This document shows, in pieces, positions 56,520 to 64,000 of a stretch of 64,000 nucleotides of DNA; the first letter of the stretch is position 1, and the number at the start of each line of letters is the position of its first letter. This DNA comes from Candidatus Omnitrophota bacterium (lineage in GTDB: Bacteria > Omnitrophota > Gorgyraeia > Pluralincolimonadales > Pluralincolimonadaceae). Under the pieces are notes generated by a model. It had not been told where the DNA came from and made no database searches. It saw only the letters and a list, made by a program, of their open reading frames with translations. The DNA lies in NCBI GenBank assembly GCA_041651455.1, contig JBAZJG010000002.1, positions 127,892-191,891 of the forward strand. The letters run 5' to 3'. The translations under genes and the position numbers were made by a program.

Positions 56520-57716
56520 ATGAAACGCAAAGTATACCTTGACCATAACGCGACCACTCCGCTGCACCCGGAAGTGAAGAAGGCGATGACCGAGGCGATG
56601 GAGGCGTTCGGCAACCCGTCGAGCATGCACAGCTTCGGCAGGCAGGCGCACCGCCTGGTCGACGACGCGAGGGAGAGGATCTCGTCGTTCATCGGCGGCA
56701 GGCCGGAGGATATCGTCTTCGTCGGGAGCGGTTCGGAGGCGAACAATACGGTATTCAACCTGCTTTACTGCACGGCGAAGCGCTGCGAAGCCCCGCATAC
56801 GAAGAGGCACCAGGTCATCACCTCGCAGATAGAGCACCCGTGCATACTTGAGGCCGCGGGATGCCTTGCGGAAAGGGGCATCGAGGTCATCTACCTCCCG
56901 GTCGACAAATACGGCAAGATAGATATCGCGAAATACGAAGGGCTCGTATCGGAGAAGACGGCCCTCGTCTCGGTGATGATGGCGAATAACGAGATAGGAA
57001 CGATACAGGACATAAAGACGATAGGAAGCATCGCTCATAAGCACGGGGCGCTCTTCCACACGGACGCGATACAGGCGGTCGGCAAGATACCCGTGGACGT
57101 CAGGGGCCTCGGCGTAGATTACCTTTCGCTCTCGGCGCACAAGATATACGGGCCGAAGGGCGTCGGCGCGCTTTACGTCTCGCCGGGCGTCCCGTTCTGC
57201 CCGTTCATACGGGGCGGCCACCAGGAGAGAGGACGTCGCGCGGGCACCGAAAATACCACGGGCATCGCGGGCTTCGGCAAGGCGATCGAGATGCGCGCGA
57301 AAGAGATGGATAGTGAGAGCAATAAATTGCTCTCACTAAAGGCGCGCCTGAAAGCGGGCATAGAAAAGAACATAAAGGATATCGAATTCAACGGCCACCC
57401 GGTTGACTCGCTGCCGGGCACATTGAACGTATCGTTCGACGCGTCGGAGGGAGAGGCGATACTGTTGTACCTCGACCTCGAAGGCATCGCAGTATCGACC
57501 GGTTCGGCATGCGCGTCAGGCTCGCTCGACCCGTCGCATGTGCTGATAGCTACCGGAGTACCCGCCGAACAGGCGCACGGATCGATACGGATAAGCATGG
57601 GCCGCGACAATACCGAGGAAGAGATCGACTATGCCGTCGAAAAGCTCGCGTTCGTCATCGGCAAGATAAGGAACATGTCCACCGTCGGAAGGAGCGCCCA
57701 TGGAAAAAAGGACTGA
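56520..57716 (+). CDS. nifS: Cysteine desulfurase NifS/IscS.
   Basis: 398 aa. YLDHNATTP, the PLP-Lys SAHKIYGPKG and the catalytic-Cys loop SSGSACAS. Confidence 0.85.
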   Translation: MKRKVYLDHNATTPLHPEVKKAMTEAMEAFGNPSSMHSFGRQAHRLVDDARERISSFIGGRPEDIVFVGSGSEANNTVFNLLYCTAKRCEAPHTKRHQVITSQIEHPCILEAAGCLAERGIEVIYLPVDKYGKIDIAKYEGLVSEKTALVSVMMANNEIGTIQDIKTIGSIAHKHGALFHTDAIQAVGKIPVDVRGLGVDYLSLSAHKIYGPKGVGALYVSPGVPFCPFIRGGHQERGRRAGTENTTGIAGFGKAIEMRAKEMDSESNKLLSLKARLKAGIEKNIKDIEFNGHPVDSLPGTLNVSFDASEGEAILLYLDLEGIAVSTGSACASGSLDPSHVLIATGVPAEQAHGSIRISMGRDNTEEEIDYAVEKLAFVIGKIRNMSTVGRSAHGKKD

Positions 57717-58335
57717 GTGGGTCTATTCCGACAAGGTAAAGGACCATTTCATCAATCCGCGCAACGTGCTCGGCGACGAAGCGGAGTATAATGCGGACGG
57801 CAAAGGCACCGTCGGCAACATAAAATGCGGCGATGAGATGATAGTCGCGATAAAAGTCGATAAGGCCAACGGCACCATAGCCGACTGCAGGTGGAAGACC
57901 TACGGGTGCGCGAGCGCCATAGCAAGCACGTCGATATTGTCCGAGGTCGTAAAGGGCAAGACGCTCGACTTCGCCTACCATATCACGGCGAAGGATATCG
58001 CGAAGGAGCTCGGCGGCCTTCCGGAGCACAAGGTCCACTGTTCGGTCCTCGGCCACAAGGCCCTGCGAGCGGCGATAGACGATTATTACAAACGCAACGG
58101 CATGACCGACAAGGTCGAGGAGGAGAAGTCGCACCTCATCTGCCAGTGCATGAACGTGACCGACATAGAGATAGAGCATGCCGTGCTCGAGGGCGCGCGC
58201 ACATACCTCGAACTGCAGGAGAGGACGAAACTCGGCACCGTATGCGGGCAGTGCAAGGATAAAGCGATCGAACTGCTGGAGGAGTATAAGGAAAGACATT
58301 TTAACCAGGAGGACGAAACATGCCGTTCAAAGTGA
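57700..58335 (+). CDS. nifU: NifU-like Fe-S scaffold: N-terminal IscU/NifU domain plus a C-terminal BFD-like [2Fe-2S] domain.
   Basis: 211 aa. Scaffold cysteines (CGD, C in CRWKTYGC, HCS). BFD-like CQCMNV...CGQCK. Confidence 0.75.
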   Translation: MEKRTEWVYSDKVKDHFINPRNVLGDEAEYNADGKGTVGNIKCGDEMIVAIKVDKANGTIADCRWKTYGCASAIASTSILSEVVKGKTLDFAYHITAKDIAKELGGLPEHKVHCSVLGHKALRAAIDDYYKRNGMTDKVEEEKSHLICQCMNVTDIEIEHAVLEGARTYLELQERTKLGTVCGQCKDKAIELLEEYKERHFNQEDETCRSK

Positions 58336-58832
58336 CATTCAAGGGGAACTCGTTGACGCTTTCGGGAAATGGACCGGAGAAGGGAAGCCCCGCGCCCGGG
58401 TTCAAGGTGCTGAAGCAGGACCTCTCCGAGACGGGGCTCACCGATTTCAAGGGCAAGGTAAAGATATTGACATCGTTCCCGTCGCTCGACACGCCGGTCT
58501 GTGACCTGCAGGTGAAGGAGTTCAACAAGAGGGCCGTGAATTTCTCTTCGGACGTCGCGGTAATAGGAATAAGCATGGACCTGCCGTTCGCGCAGAAGAG
58601 GTTTTGCCAGGAGAACGACATAAATAACGTTACGGTCGTTTCGGACCACAGGGACGCCTCCTTCGGCCTGAATTACGGCCTGCTCATAAAGGAGCTGCGC
58701 CTTCTGGCCAGGTCTATCATCATAGTCGACAAAGAGGATATTGTGAGGTATATTCAGGTGGTGGGCGAACTGACGAACCCGCCTGATTACGAGGCGGCGC
58801 TCAAGGCGCTGCAGGAGATATTAAGAGGATAG
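58320..58832 (+). CDS. tpx: Thiol peroxidase Tpx (atypical 2-Cys peroxiredoxin).
   Basis: 170 aa. The peroxidatic Cys lies in SLDTPVCDLQ and a resolving Cys downstream. Confidence 0.8.
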   Translation: MPFKVTFKGNSLTLSGNGPEKGSPAPGFKVLKQDLSETGLTDFKGKVKILTSFPSLDTPVCDLQVKEFNKRAVNFSSDVAVIGISMDLPFAQKRFCQENDINNVTVVSDHRDASFGLNYGLLIKELRLLARSIIIVDKEDIVRYIQVVGELTNPPDYEAALKALQEILRG

Positions 58833-58833
58833 C

Positions 58834-59292
58834 ATGGGAAAGATACCCGATGACATAGTGAAGTTCCTTCACGCGCAGCATTTCACGGTCGTCTCGACGA
58901 TAGGGAAGGACGGCCTGCCGCATAATTCCTGCAAGGGCATAGTCAATATCGAGGACGATACCGTCTACCTGCTCGACCTTTACAAGGGGCAGACGCATGA
59001 AAACCTCGAGAAGAACCCCGCGATCAGCGTAAGCGTCGTGGATGAGCACCGCTTCAAGGGGTACTGCCTCAAAGGCACCGCGAAGCTGTTGACCGAGGGC
59101 CTGCTGAAATCCCATATAATCAAGTCGTGGGAAGATAAGATAACGGCAAGGATAACGCATCGGCTCATCAAGAACCTGAAGGGCGAGCACGGGCATGAAA
59201 GCCATCCCGAAGCCCAGCTTCCGAAGCCGAAATACCTGATAGCGATGAAGGTCTCAGAGATAGTCGACCTTACGCCCCCTCCGCTCAGATGA
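58834..59292 (+). CDS. Pyridoxamine-5'-phosphate-oxidase-like flavin-binding split-barrel protein.
   Basis: 152 aa with a PNPOx-like fold pattern (FLHAQHFTVVSTIGKDGLPH). Confidence 0.6.
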   Translation: MGKIPDDIVKFLHAQHFTVVSTIGKDGLPHNSCKGIVNIEDDTVYLLDLYKGQTHENLEKNPAISVSVVDEHRFKGYCLKGTAKLLTEGLLKSHIIKSWEDKITARITHRLIKNLKGEHGHESHPEAQLPKPKYLIAMKVSEIVDLTPPPLR

Positions 59293-59786
59293 CGGACCAG
59301 ATCGTGATGTGGCTTAAGGGCCTTCCGAAGGACTATATAGTGCTGATAACCGCGGCGCTCCCGGTTTCGGAATTGAGGGGGGCGATACCGCTTGCGCTCT
59401 CCTTCGGGATGACGGTTCAGAAGGCCTTCCTGTTATCGGTCATCGGGAATTTCATCCCGGTCATTCCCGTGCTTTTCCTGCTCGAGCCCGTCTCGAGACG
59501 GCTCGGGAGGTTCAAGGTATTCGCGCGGTTCTTCGACTGGCTGTTCACGCGGACCCGCAAGAGGGCGGACACGATACAGAAATACGAGATGCTCGGGCTC
59601 GCGGTATTCGTCGCTATACCGCTGCCGATGACCGGCGCATGGACCGGCGCGATAGCGGCGTCGCTTTTGAAGATAAAGTTCAGGTATGCGATAACGGGAA
59701 TAATACTCGGGATACTCGGAGCCGGCCTGATAGTCTCGTCCCTGTGCACCCTCGGGATAATGAGCTGGCAGGCGGTCACGAATTAA
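59289..59786 (+). CDS. Small polytopic membrane protein (COG2426 / small multidrug export family-like).
   Basis: 165 aa with 4 transmembrane helices and a conserved PVSELRGAIP motif. Confidence 0.45.
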   Translation: MTDQIVMWLKGLPKDYIVLITAALPVSELRGAIPLALSFGMTVQKAFLLSVIGNFIPVIPVLFLLEPVSRRLGRFKVFARFFDWLFTRTRKRADTIQKYEMLGLAVFVAIPLPMTGAWTGAIAASLLKIKFRYAITGIILGILGAGLIVSSLCTLGIMSWQAVTN

Positions 59787-59805
59787 TACGGAAAGGTAAT
59801 TTCAG

Positions 59806-61503
59806 GTGAGCTTAATAATCTTGATCATCTCTTCGTCGGTGCTTCTCTTCCTCGGCTATGCCATATACGGCAGGTTCCTCAGCAAGCTGCTCCAGCTGAA
59901 TCCCGACACGAAGACGCCGGCCGTCGTCCTTAAGGACGATGTCGATTATGTCCCGACAAACAAGTTCTACCTTCTCGGCCAGCATTTTTCGGCGATAGCG
60001 GCCGCGGGCCCGATAGTCGGCCCGATACTCGCCGGTATGTGGTTCGGGTGGGTCCCGACGGTCATTTGGATTATCATCGGCGGCATATTCATAGGCGGCG
60101 TCCACGACCTGTTCACCCTCGTCGCCTCGCTGCGCCACCACGGGCGCTCGATAGCCGAGGTCATAAAGGAATACAAGAGCAAGAAGGCGTTCATAATATT
60201 CCTTATATTCCTCTGGATATCCATCATTTATATAATAACGGCTTTTACCGACATAACTGCCGGGACGTTCGCCGACCCTGCAAGGGGTGCGGGAGTAGCG
60301 TCATCGTCCATGATGTACCTGCTGCTCGCCCTGACTATGGGGATAATACTCAGGGTCTTTAAGCCGTCGCTGGCGATCTCGACGTTCATATTCATGCCGC
60401 TCGTACTCTTATGCATATGGCTCGGGCCGAAGTTCCCGCTGCATATGCCGCCGCTCTTCGGCATGGACCTGCGCACGACCTGGGATGTGCTGCTGCTCGG
60501 GTATTGCTTTATCGCGGCGGTAATACCTGTATGGCTGCTTTTACAGCCGCGCGGGTATCTCGGCGGGTTCTTCCTTACGCTGACGGCGGGTGCGAGCCTT
60601 ATCGGCATAATCGTCGGGCATTTCACGCAGAAGCTCGTGATAAACTATCCCGCCTTTACGGGCTGGGTCAATCCGGGCGGCCTGCCGTTGTTCCCGCTGC
60701 TTTTCACGACGGTCGCGTGCGGCGCATGCTCGGGTTTCCACGCGCTCGTCTCGTCGGGGACCACGTCTAAACAGGTGGCAAAGGAGACGGACGCGAAAGT
60801 GATAGGCTACGGCGGGATGCTTTTGGAGAGTTTTGTCGCGATAACCGCCCTCGGTACGCTGCTGCTGCTGACAAAGACGCAGGCGCAGGGCCTCGGCAGC
60901 CCCGACCAGATATACGCGAACGGCGTTGCCACGTTCCTGAACAGCCTCGGCATAGACAGGGAGTTTGCGCTGACCTTCGCGCTGCTGGCGTTCGCCACTT
61001 TCGTTTACGATACGCTCGATGTGGCCACGAGGCTCGGACGCTACATCTTCCAGGAGCTTACCAATATACGCGGCAAGGTAAGCCTGTTCGTCTCCGCGTT
61101 CGCGACGCTGCTGCTGCCGGCGTTGTTCGTGACGAGCAAGATGACCGATGCGCAGGGCAATGTCATCCCGGCATGGTCGCTCTTCTGGACGGTATTCGGC
61201 TCCAGCAACCAGCTGCTGGCCGCCATGGTACTGTTGGGCCTAAGCGTCTGGCTGTTCAGGAGGAAGAGGAATTACGCGGTGACACTGCTCCCGGCCGTAT
61301 TCATGACATTCGTCGCGCTGACATCGCTGGCCATGGTGCTGAGGCCCTGGGTAGCAAGGCATATCTCCGAACACAGGATTTTTCCGGAACCCCTCGTTGT
61401 CACCTGTTCGGTGCTTTTCCTGCTGTCATTCCTGCTCATAATAGAGGACATAATCATTTTTTCGAAAGGGAACAAGGATGAGCGTAAAAAGACCGGCGCC
61501 TGA
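59806..61503 (+). CDS. cstA: Carbon starvation protein A-family transporter (CstA-like).
   Basis: 565 aa with about 16 transmembrane helices. N-terminal GQHFSAIAAAGPIVGPILAGMWFGW is the CstA signature. Confidence 0.8.
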   Translation: MSLIILIISSSVLLFLGYAIYGRFLSKLLQLNPDTKTPAVVLKDDVDYVPTNKFYLLGQHFSAIAAAGPIVGPILAGMWFGWVPTVIWIIIGGIFIGGVHDLFTLVASLRHHGRSIAEVIKEYKSKKAFIIFLIFLWISIIYIITAFTDITAGTFADPARGAGVASSSMMYLLLALTMGIILRVFKPSLAISTFIFMPLVLLCIWLGPKFPLHMPPLFGMDLRTTWDVLLLGYCFIAAVIPVWLLLQPRGYLGGFFLTLTAGASLIGIIVGHFTQKLVINYPAFTGWVNPGGLPLFPLLFTTVACGACSGFHALVSSGTTSKQVAKETDAKVIGYGGMLLESFVAITALGTLLLLTKTQAQGLGSPDQIYANGVATFLNSLGIDREFALTFALLAFATFVYDTLDVATRLGRYIFQELTNIRGKVSLFVSAFATLLLPALFVTSKMTDAQGNVIPAWSLFWTVFGSSNQLLAAMVLLGLSVWLFRRKRNYAVTLLPAVFMTFVALTSLAMVLRPWVARHISEHRIFPEPLVVTCSVLFLLSFLLIIEDIIIFSKGNKDERKKTGA

Positions 61504-62731
61504 TTTCCATGAGATAGCCGTTGTCGGCGGCGGGCCTGCGGGGATGATGGCCGCGATCCGCGCGGCGGAGCTCGGCAAGGACGTCGTGCTTATCGAAAGG
61601 AACAGGTCCCTCGGCCGCAAGATACTAATAACGGGCAAGGGCAGGTGCAACCTGACAAATTCCTGCGATATGGACTCGTTCATGGGGAAGTTCGGCAGGA
61701 ACGGGCAGTTCCTCAGGTCGGCGTTCTACGAGTTCTTCAACGAGGACCTCATGGAATTCTTCAGGAAGAACGGCCTCGGCGTGAAGGTCGAGCGCCAGGG
61801 CAGGGTATTCCCGTCGGACGACAGGTCGATGTCCGTATTGAAGGCGCTCGAGAAGTCCCTGCTCGGGAACAAGGTCCCCGTGATGCTCGAGGCGCGCGTG
61901 ATGGAGATAAGGCATGACGCGGGGATATTCACTATCAGGCTCGCCGGCGGCCGCGAAGTGATGGCGAAGAAGGTGATACTCGCGACGGGCGGCGCGTCCT
62001 ACAAGGCGACCGGCTCGACCGGCGACGGGTTCCATTTCGCGAAACTGCTCGGGCACACGTTCAACCCGCTGAAGCCGGGGCTCGTCCCGCTGAAGACGAG
62101 GGAGAAGTTCGCCGCGGACATGCAGGGCCTGACTCTGAAGAACATAAAGATAACGTTCGAATGCGACGGGAAGAAGCTGGCGTCCGACGTCGGCGAGCTG
62201 CTCTTTACGCACTTCGGGGTCTCCGGCCCGCTCGTGCTCGATATGAGCGCGCAGGTGGTAGCACTTCTCGACAGCAAGAAGCCGGTTTACATATCGATAG
62301 ACCTGAAACCCGGCCTTGACGAAGAGCAGATAGATAACAGGATACTGCGCGATATCGGCGAACACGGCAGTATAAACATCAGGACGATGCTCAAGGAGAT
62401 GCTGCCGGTCAAGATGGTCCCGGTATTCGCAGGGCTGCTGAAACTCGATACGTCAAAGAGGATAAACCAGCTTACCGCGGCCGAAAGGCGCGGGATAGCC
62501 GGGCTGATGAAATCGTTCGTGCTTACGGTGACCGAGCCGCTGCCCCTTGAAGAGGCGATGGTGACCTGCGGAGGCATACCGGTAAAGGACATAGACCCGA
62601 GGACGATGGCCTCGCGGATAGTGCCGGGATTGTACTTCGCCGGCGAGATGATCGACGCGTCGGCGCCGAGCGGCGGGTATAACCTGCAGCAGGCGTTCTC
62701 GACGGGTTACCTGGCTGGTTCCAATGCGTAA
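61478..62731 (+). CDS. HI0933/BaiN-family FAD-dependent flavoprotein.
   Basis: 417 aa. Rossmann motif VVGGGPAGMMAA. The ITGKGRCNLTN motif is typical of the HI0933 family. Confidence 0.75.
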   Translation: MSVKRPAPDFHEIAVVGGGPAGMMAAIRAAELGKDVVLIERNRSLGRKILITGKGRCNLTNSCDMDSFMGKFGRNGQFLRSAFYEFFNEDLMEFFRKNGLGVKVERQGRVFPSDDRSMSVLKALEKSLLGNKVPVMLEARVMEIRHDAGIFTIRLAGGREVMAKKVILATGGASYKATGSTGDGFHFAKLLGHTFNPLKPGLVPLKTREKFAADMQGLTLKNIKITFECDGKKLASDVGELLFTHFGVSGPLVLDMSAQVVALLDSKKPVYISIDLKPGLDEEQIDNRILRDIGEHGSINIRTMLKEMLPVKMVPVFAGLLKLDTSKRINQLTAAERRGIAGLMKSFVLTVTEPLPLEEAMVTCGGIPVKDIDPRTMASRIVPGLYFAGEMIDASAPSGGYNLQQAFSTGYLAGSNA

Positions 62732-63302
62732 GATAATCCTCGCTTCGCAGTCGAAGCAAAGGCAAAGGTTGCTTAACCAGATAGGCCTGGATTTCGTGAC
62801 CGCGGGCTCGGACGCGAAAGAAGATATGAAGCTTAAAGGAAGCTGCGCTTCGCTCGTGATGGCAAACGCGTTGAGAAAGGCCGAGGACGTGGCGAAGAGG
62901 TACCGCTCCGGAGTCGTCATAGCGGCGGATACGGTGGTCCTCTCCGGCAGGAAGATAATAGGGAAGCCGAAGGACCTCGCCGACGCCTTCAGGACGCTGA
63001 AACTGATCTCGCGGAAGCCGCAATGGGTGTATACGGGCATGGCGGTCATCGATATAGACAATAAAAAGGTCCTCGCGGACCACGAGAAGACGAAGATATA
63101 TATGTACCGGCTCAGCGACAGGCAGATAAGGAACTATTTCAGGAAGGTCTCGCCGATGGACAAGGCGGGCAGTTTCGACATACAGGGGCTCGGCAGCATA
63201 TTTATAAACAGGATAGAGGGGTGCTTCAACAACGTGATCGGCCTGCCCCTCGCGAAACTCGCGAAGATGCTCAAGAAGATAGATATAGACCTCTTCTCAT
63301 AA
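62724..63302 (+). CDS. maf: Maf-family nucleoside triphosphate pyrophosphatase.
   Basis: 192 aa. ILASQSKQRQRLL and the conserved D/K residues. Confidence 0.8.
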   Translation: MRKIILASQSKQRQRLLNQIGLDFVTAGSDAKEDMKLKGSCASLVMANALRKAEDVAKRYRSGVVIAADTVVLSGRKIIGKPKDLADAFRTLKLISRKPQWVYTGMAVIDIDNKKVLADHEKTKIYMYRLSDRQIRNYFRKVSPMDKAGSFDIQGLGSIFINRIEGCFNNVIGLPLAKLAKMLKKIDIDLFS

Positions 63303-63305
63303 GAT

Positions 63306-64000
63306 ATGGATGACGCAAAGAAGTCATATAGCGGGTATTACAAGGGCCTCGATAACGCGATAGGCGGCGACGAGAGGTTCCGCTGGGTCAACGACTCCCT
63401 GCTGGAGGGCGTCAGCGGCAAGGCGGTGCTCGATGTCGGCTGCGGCGAGGGCTCGCTGCTGCGCATGCTCAAGGATAAGGGCAACAGCGTATACGGCATA
63501 GACGCTTCACAGAGCGGGCAGGAGGCCTGCCGCGCGAAGGGCGTAGAGTGCGCGGTCGCCGATATCAGCTCCGAGAAGTTCCCGCTCAGGGACGACAGTT
63601 TCGATATCGTGCTCTGCCTCGAGACGCTCGAGCACCTCGAGAACCCGCAGCATTGCGTGAGCGAGATGAAGAGGGTCCTGAAGGAAGGCGGGCTCTTCAT
63701 CGCGAGCATCCCCGGCCCGAAGGTCTGCCACCCGTATATCTATCCCGGATTGTTCGGCATAAAGAACTTCAGGGAATTCCTCTGGGCCAACGGTTTTAAG
63801 ATACTGAAGGTCAAGGGATGGGGCCAGTCCCCGGCTTTCATCAAAACTAAGAAGTGGCTGCAGAAACAGGATAACGATATCGCGCGCAATACCGCCGAAG
63901 TCCTGCATTACATCGGCAGGAAGAGGAACATGATAATGCGCAAACATTCCGGGACCCCGCTTAACTTCAGCCATTGCGTGAACTTCGTATGCATCAACAG
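63306..64000 (+). CDS. Class I SAM-dependent methyltransferase. The C-terminus is cut by the window edge.
   Basis: Open frame from ATG 63306 to the window end. SAM motif I VLDVGCGEGSL and a downstream IVLCLETLEH. Confidence 0.6.
   Translation, partial: MDDAKKSYSGYYKGLDNAIGGDERFRWVNDSLLEGVSGKAVLDVGCGEGSLLRMLKDKGNSVYGIDASQSGQEACRAKGVECAVADISSEKFPLRDDSFDIVLCLETLEHLENPQHCVSEMKRVLKEGGLFIASIPGPKVCHPYIYPGLFGIKNFREFLWANGFKILKVKGWGQSPAFIKTKKWLQKQDNDIARNTAEVLHYIGRKRNMIMRKHSGTPLNFSHCVNFVCIN

Noticed and set aside
63507-63974. A 155-aa minus ORF at the window end.
   Set aside because: Antisense to the partial SAM-methyltransferase gene, which has a clear motif I.
1-64000. CRISPR arrays, rRNA and integrase/transposase genes.
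   Set aside because: No regularly spaced direct repeats, no rRNA-like conserved stretches, and no recombinase or transposase motifs in any frame. The island therefore cannot be called a classical mobile element.

Overview
This 64 kb window looks like a high-GC (about 58-62% by eye) bacterial chromosome segment from an anaerobe. Outer-membrane beta-barrel proteins, TPR-porin proteins and lipobox lipoproteins point to a Gram-negative-type envelope. Almost every gene lies on the + strand.

Gene order along the window:
- A three-gene [FeFe]-hydrogenase operon: NuoE/HndA-like subunit, NuoF-like subunit fused to a GltD/NfnB-type domain, and a HydA catalytic subunit with unusual H-cluster motifs. 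An alkaline-phosphatase-superfamily gene is translationally coupled to it.
- ACT, LemA and DUF2207 genes (the last with a poly-Gly tail), sufC-sufBD, an ArsP-like permease, a YhaM-like OB/HD nuclease, Yip1 and OsmC.
- A TPR-porin plus GT2 synthase exopolysaccharide module.
- A 1019-aa UvrD-type helicase fused to a Cas4-like Fe-S nuclease domain.
- A class II Fic protein with a palindromic operator and a NYN-like partner.
- A sharply AT-rich ~7.2 kb island (about 25280-32460) carrying a Dam-type methyltransferase, a ParB-like protein, a gamma-class N6A methyltransferase with a PD-(D/E)xK endonuclease, two unknown ORFs and a TIR-domain protein of novel architecture (helical N-terminus, TIR, transmembrane helix, C-terminal domain). 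This is the best candidate for an undescribed defence system.
- SIMPL, a frameshifted hypoxanthine-DNA glycosylase pseudogene next to an SRAP/YedK gene, secreted glycoside hydrolases, MsrBA and TrpB2.
- A complete Pho regulon (phoB-phoR, a Pho-box-preceded porin, pstSCAB, an embedded arsC/LMW-PTP, phoU).
- An Rrf2-cysK-nifS-nifU-tpx iron-sulfur/cysteine cluster, CstA, an HI0933-family flavoprotein, Maf and a partial SAM methyltransferase.

No rRNA, tRNA or CRISPR array could be identified. Most long minus-strand ORFs are high-GC antisense shadows of + strand genes.
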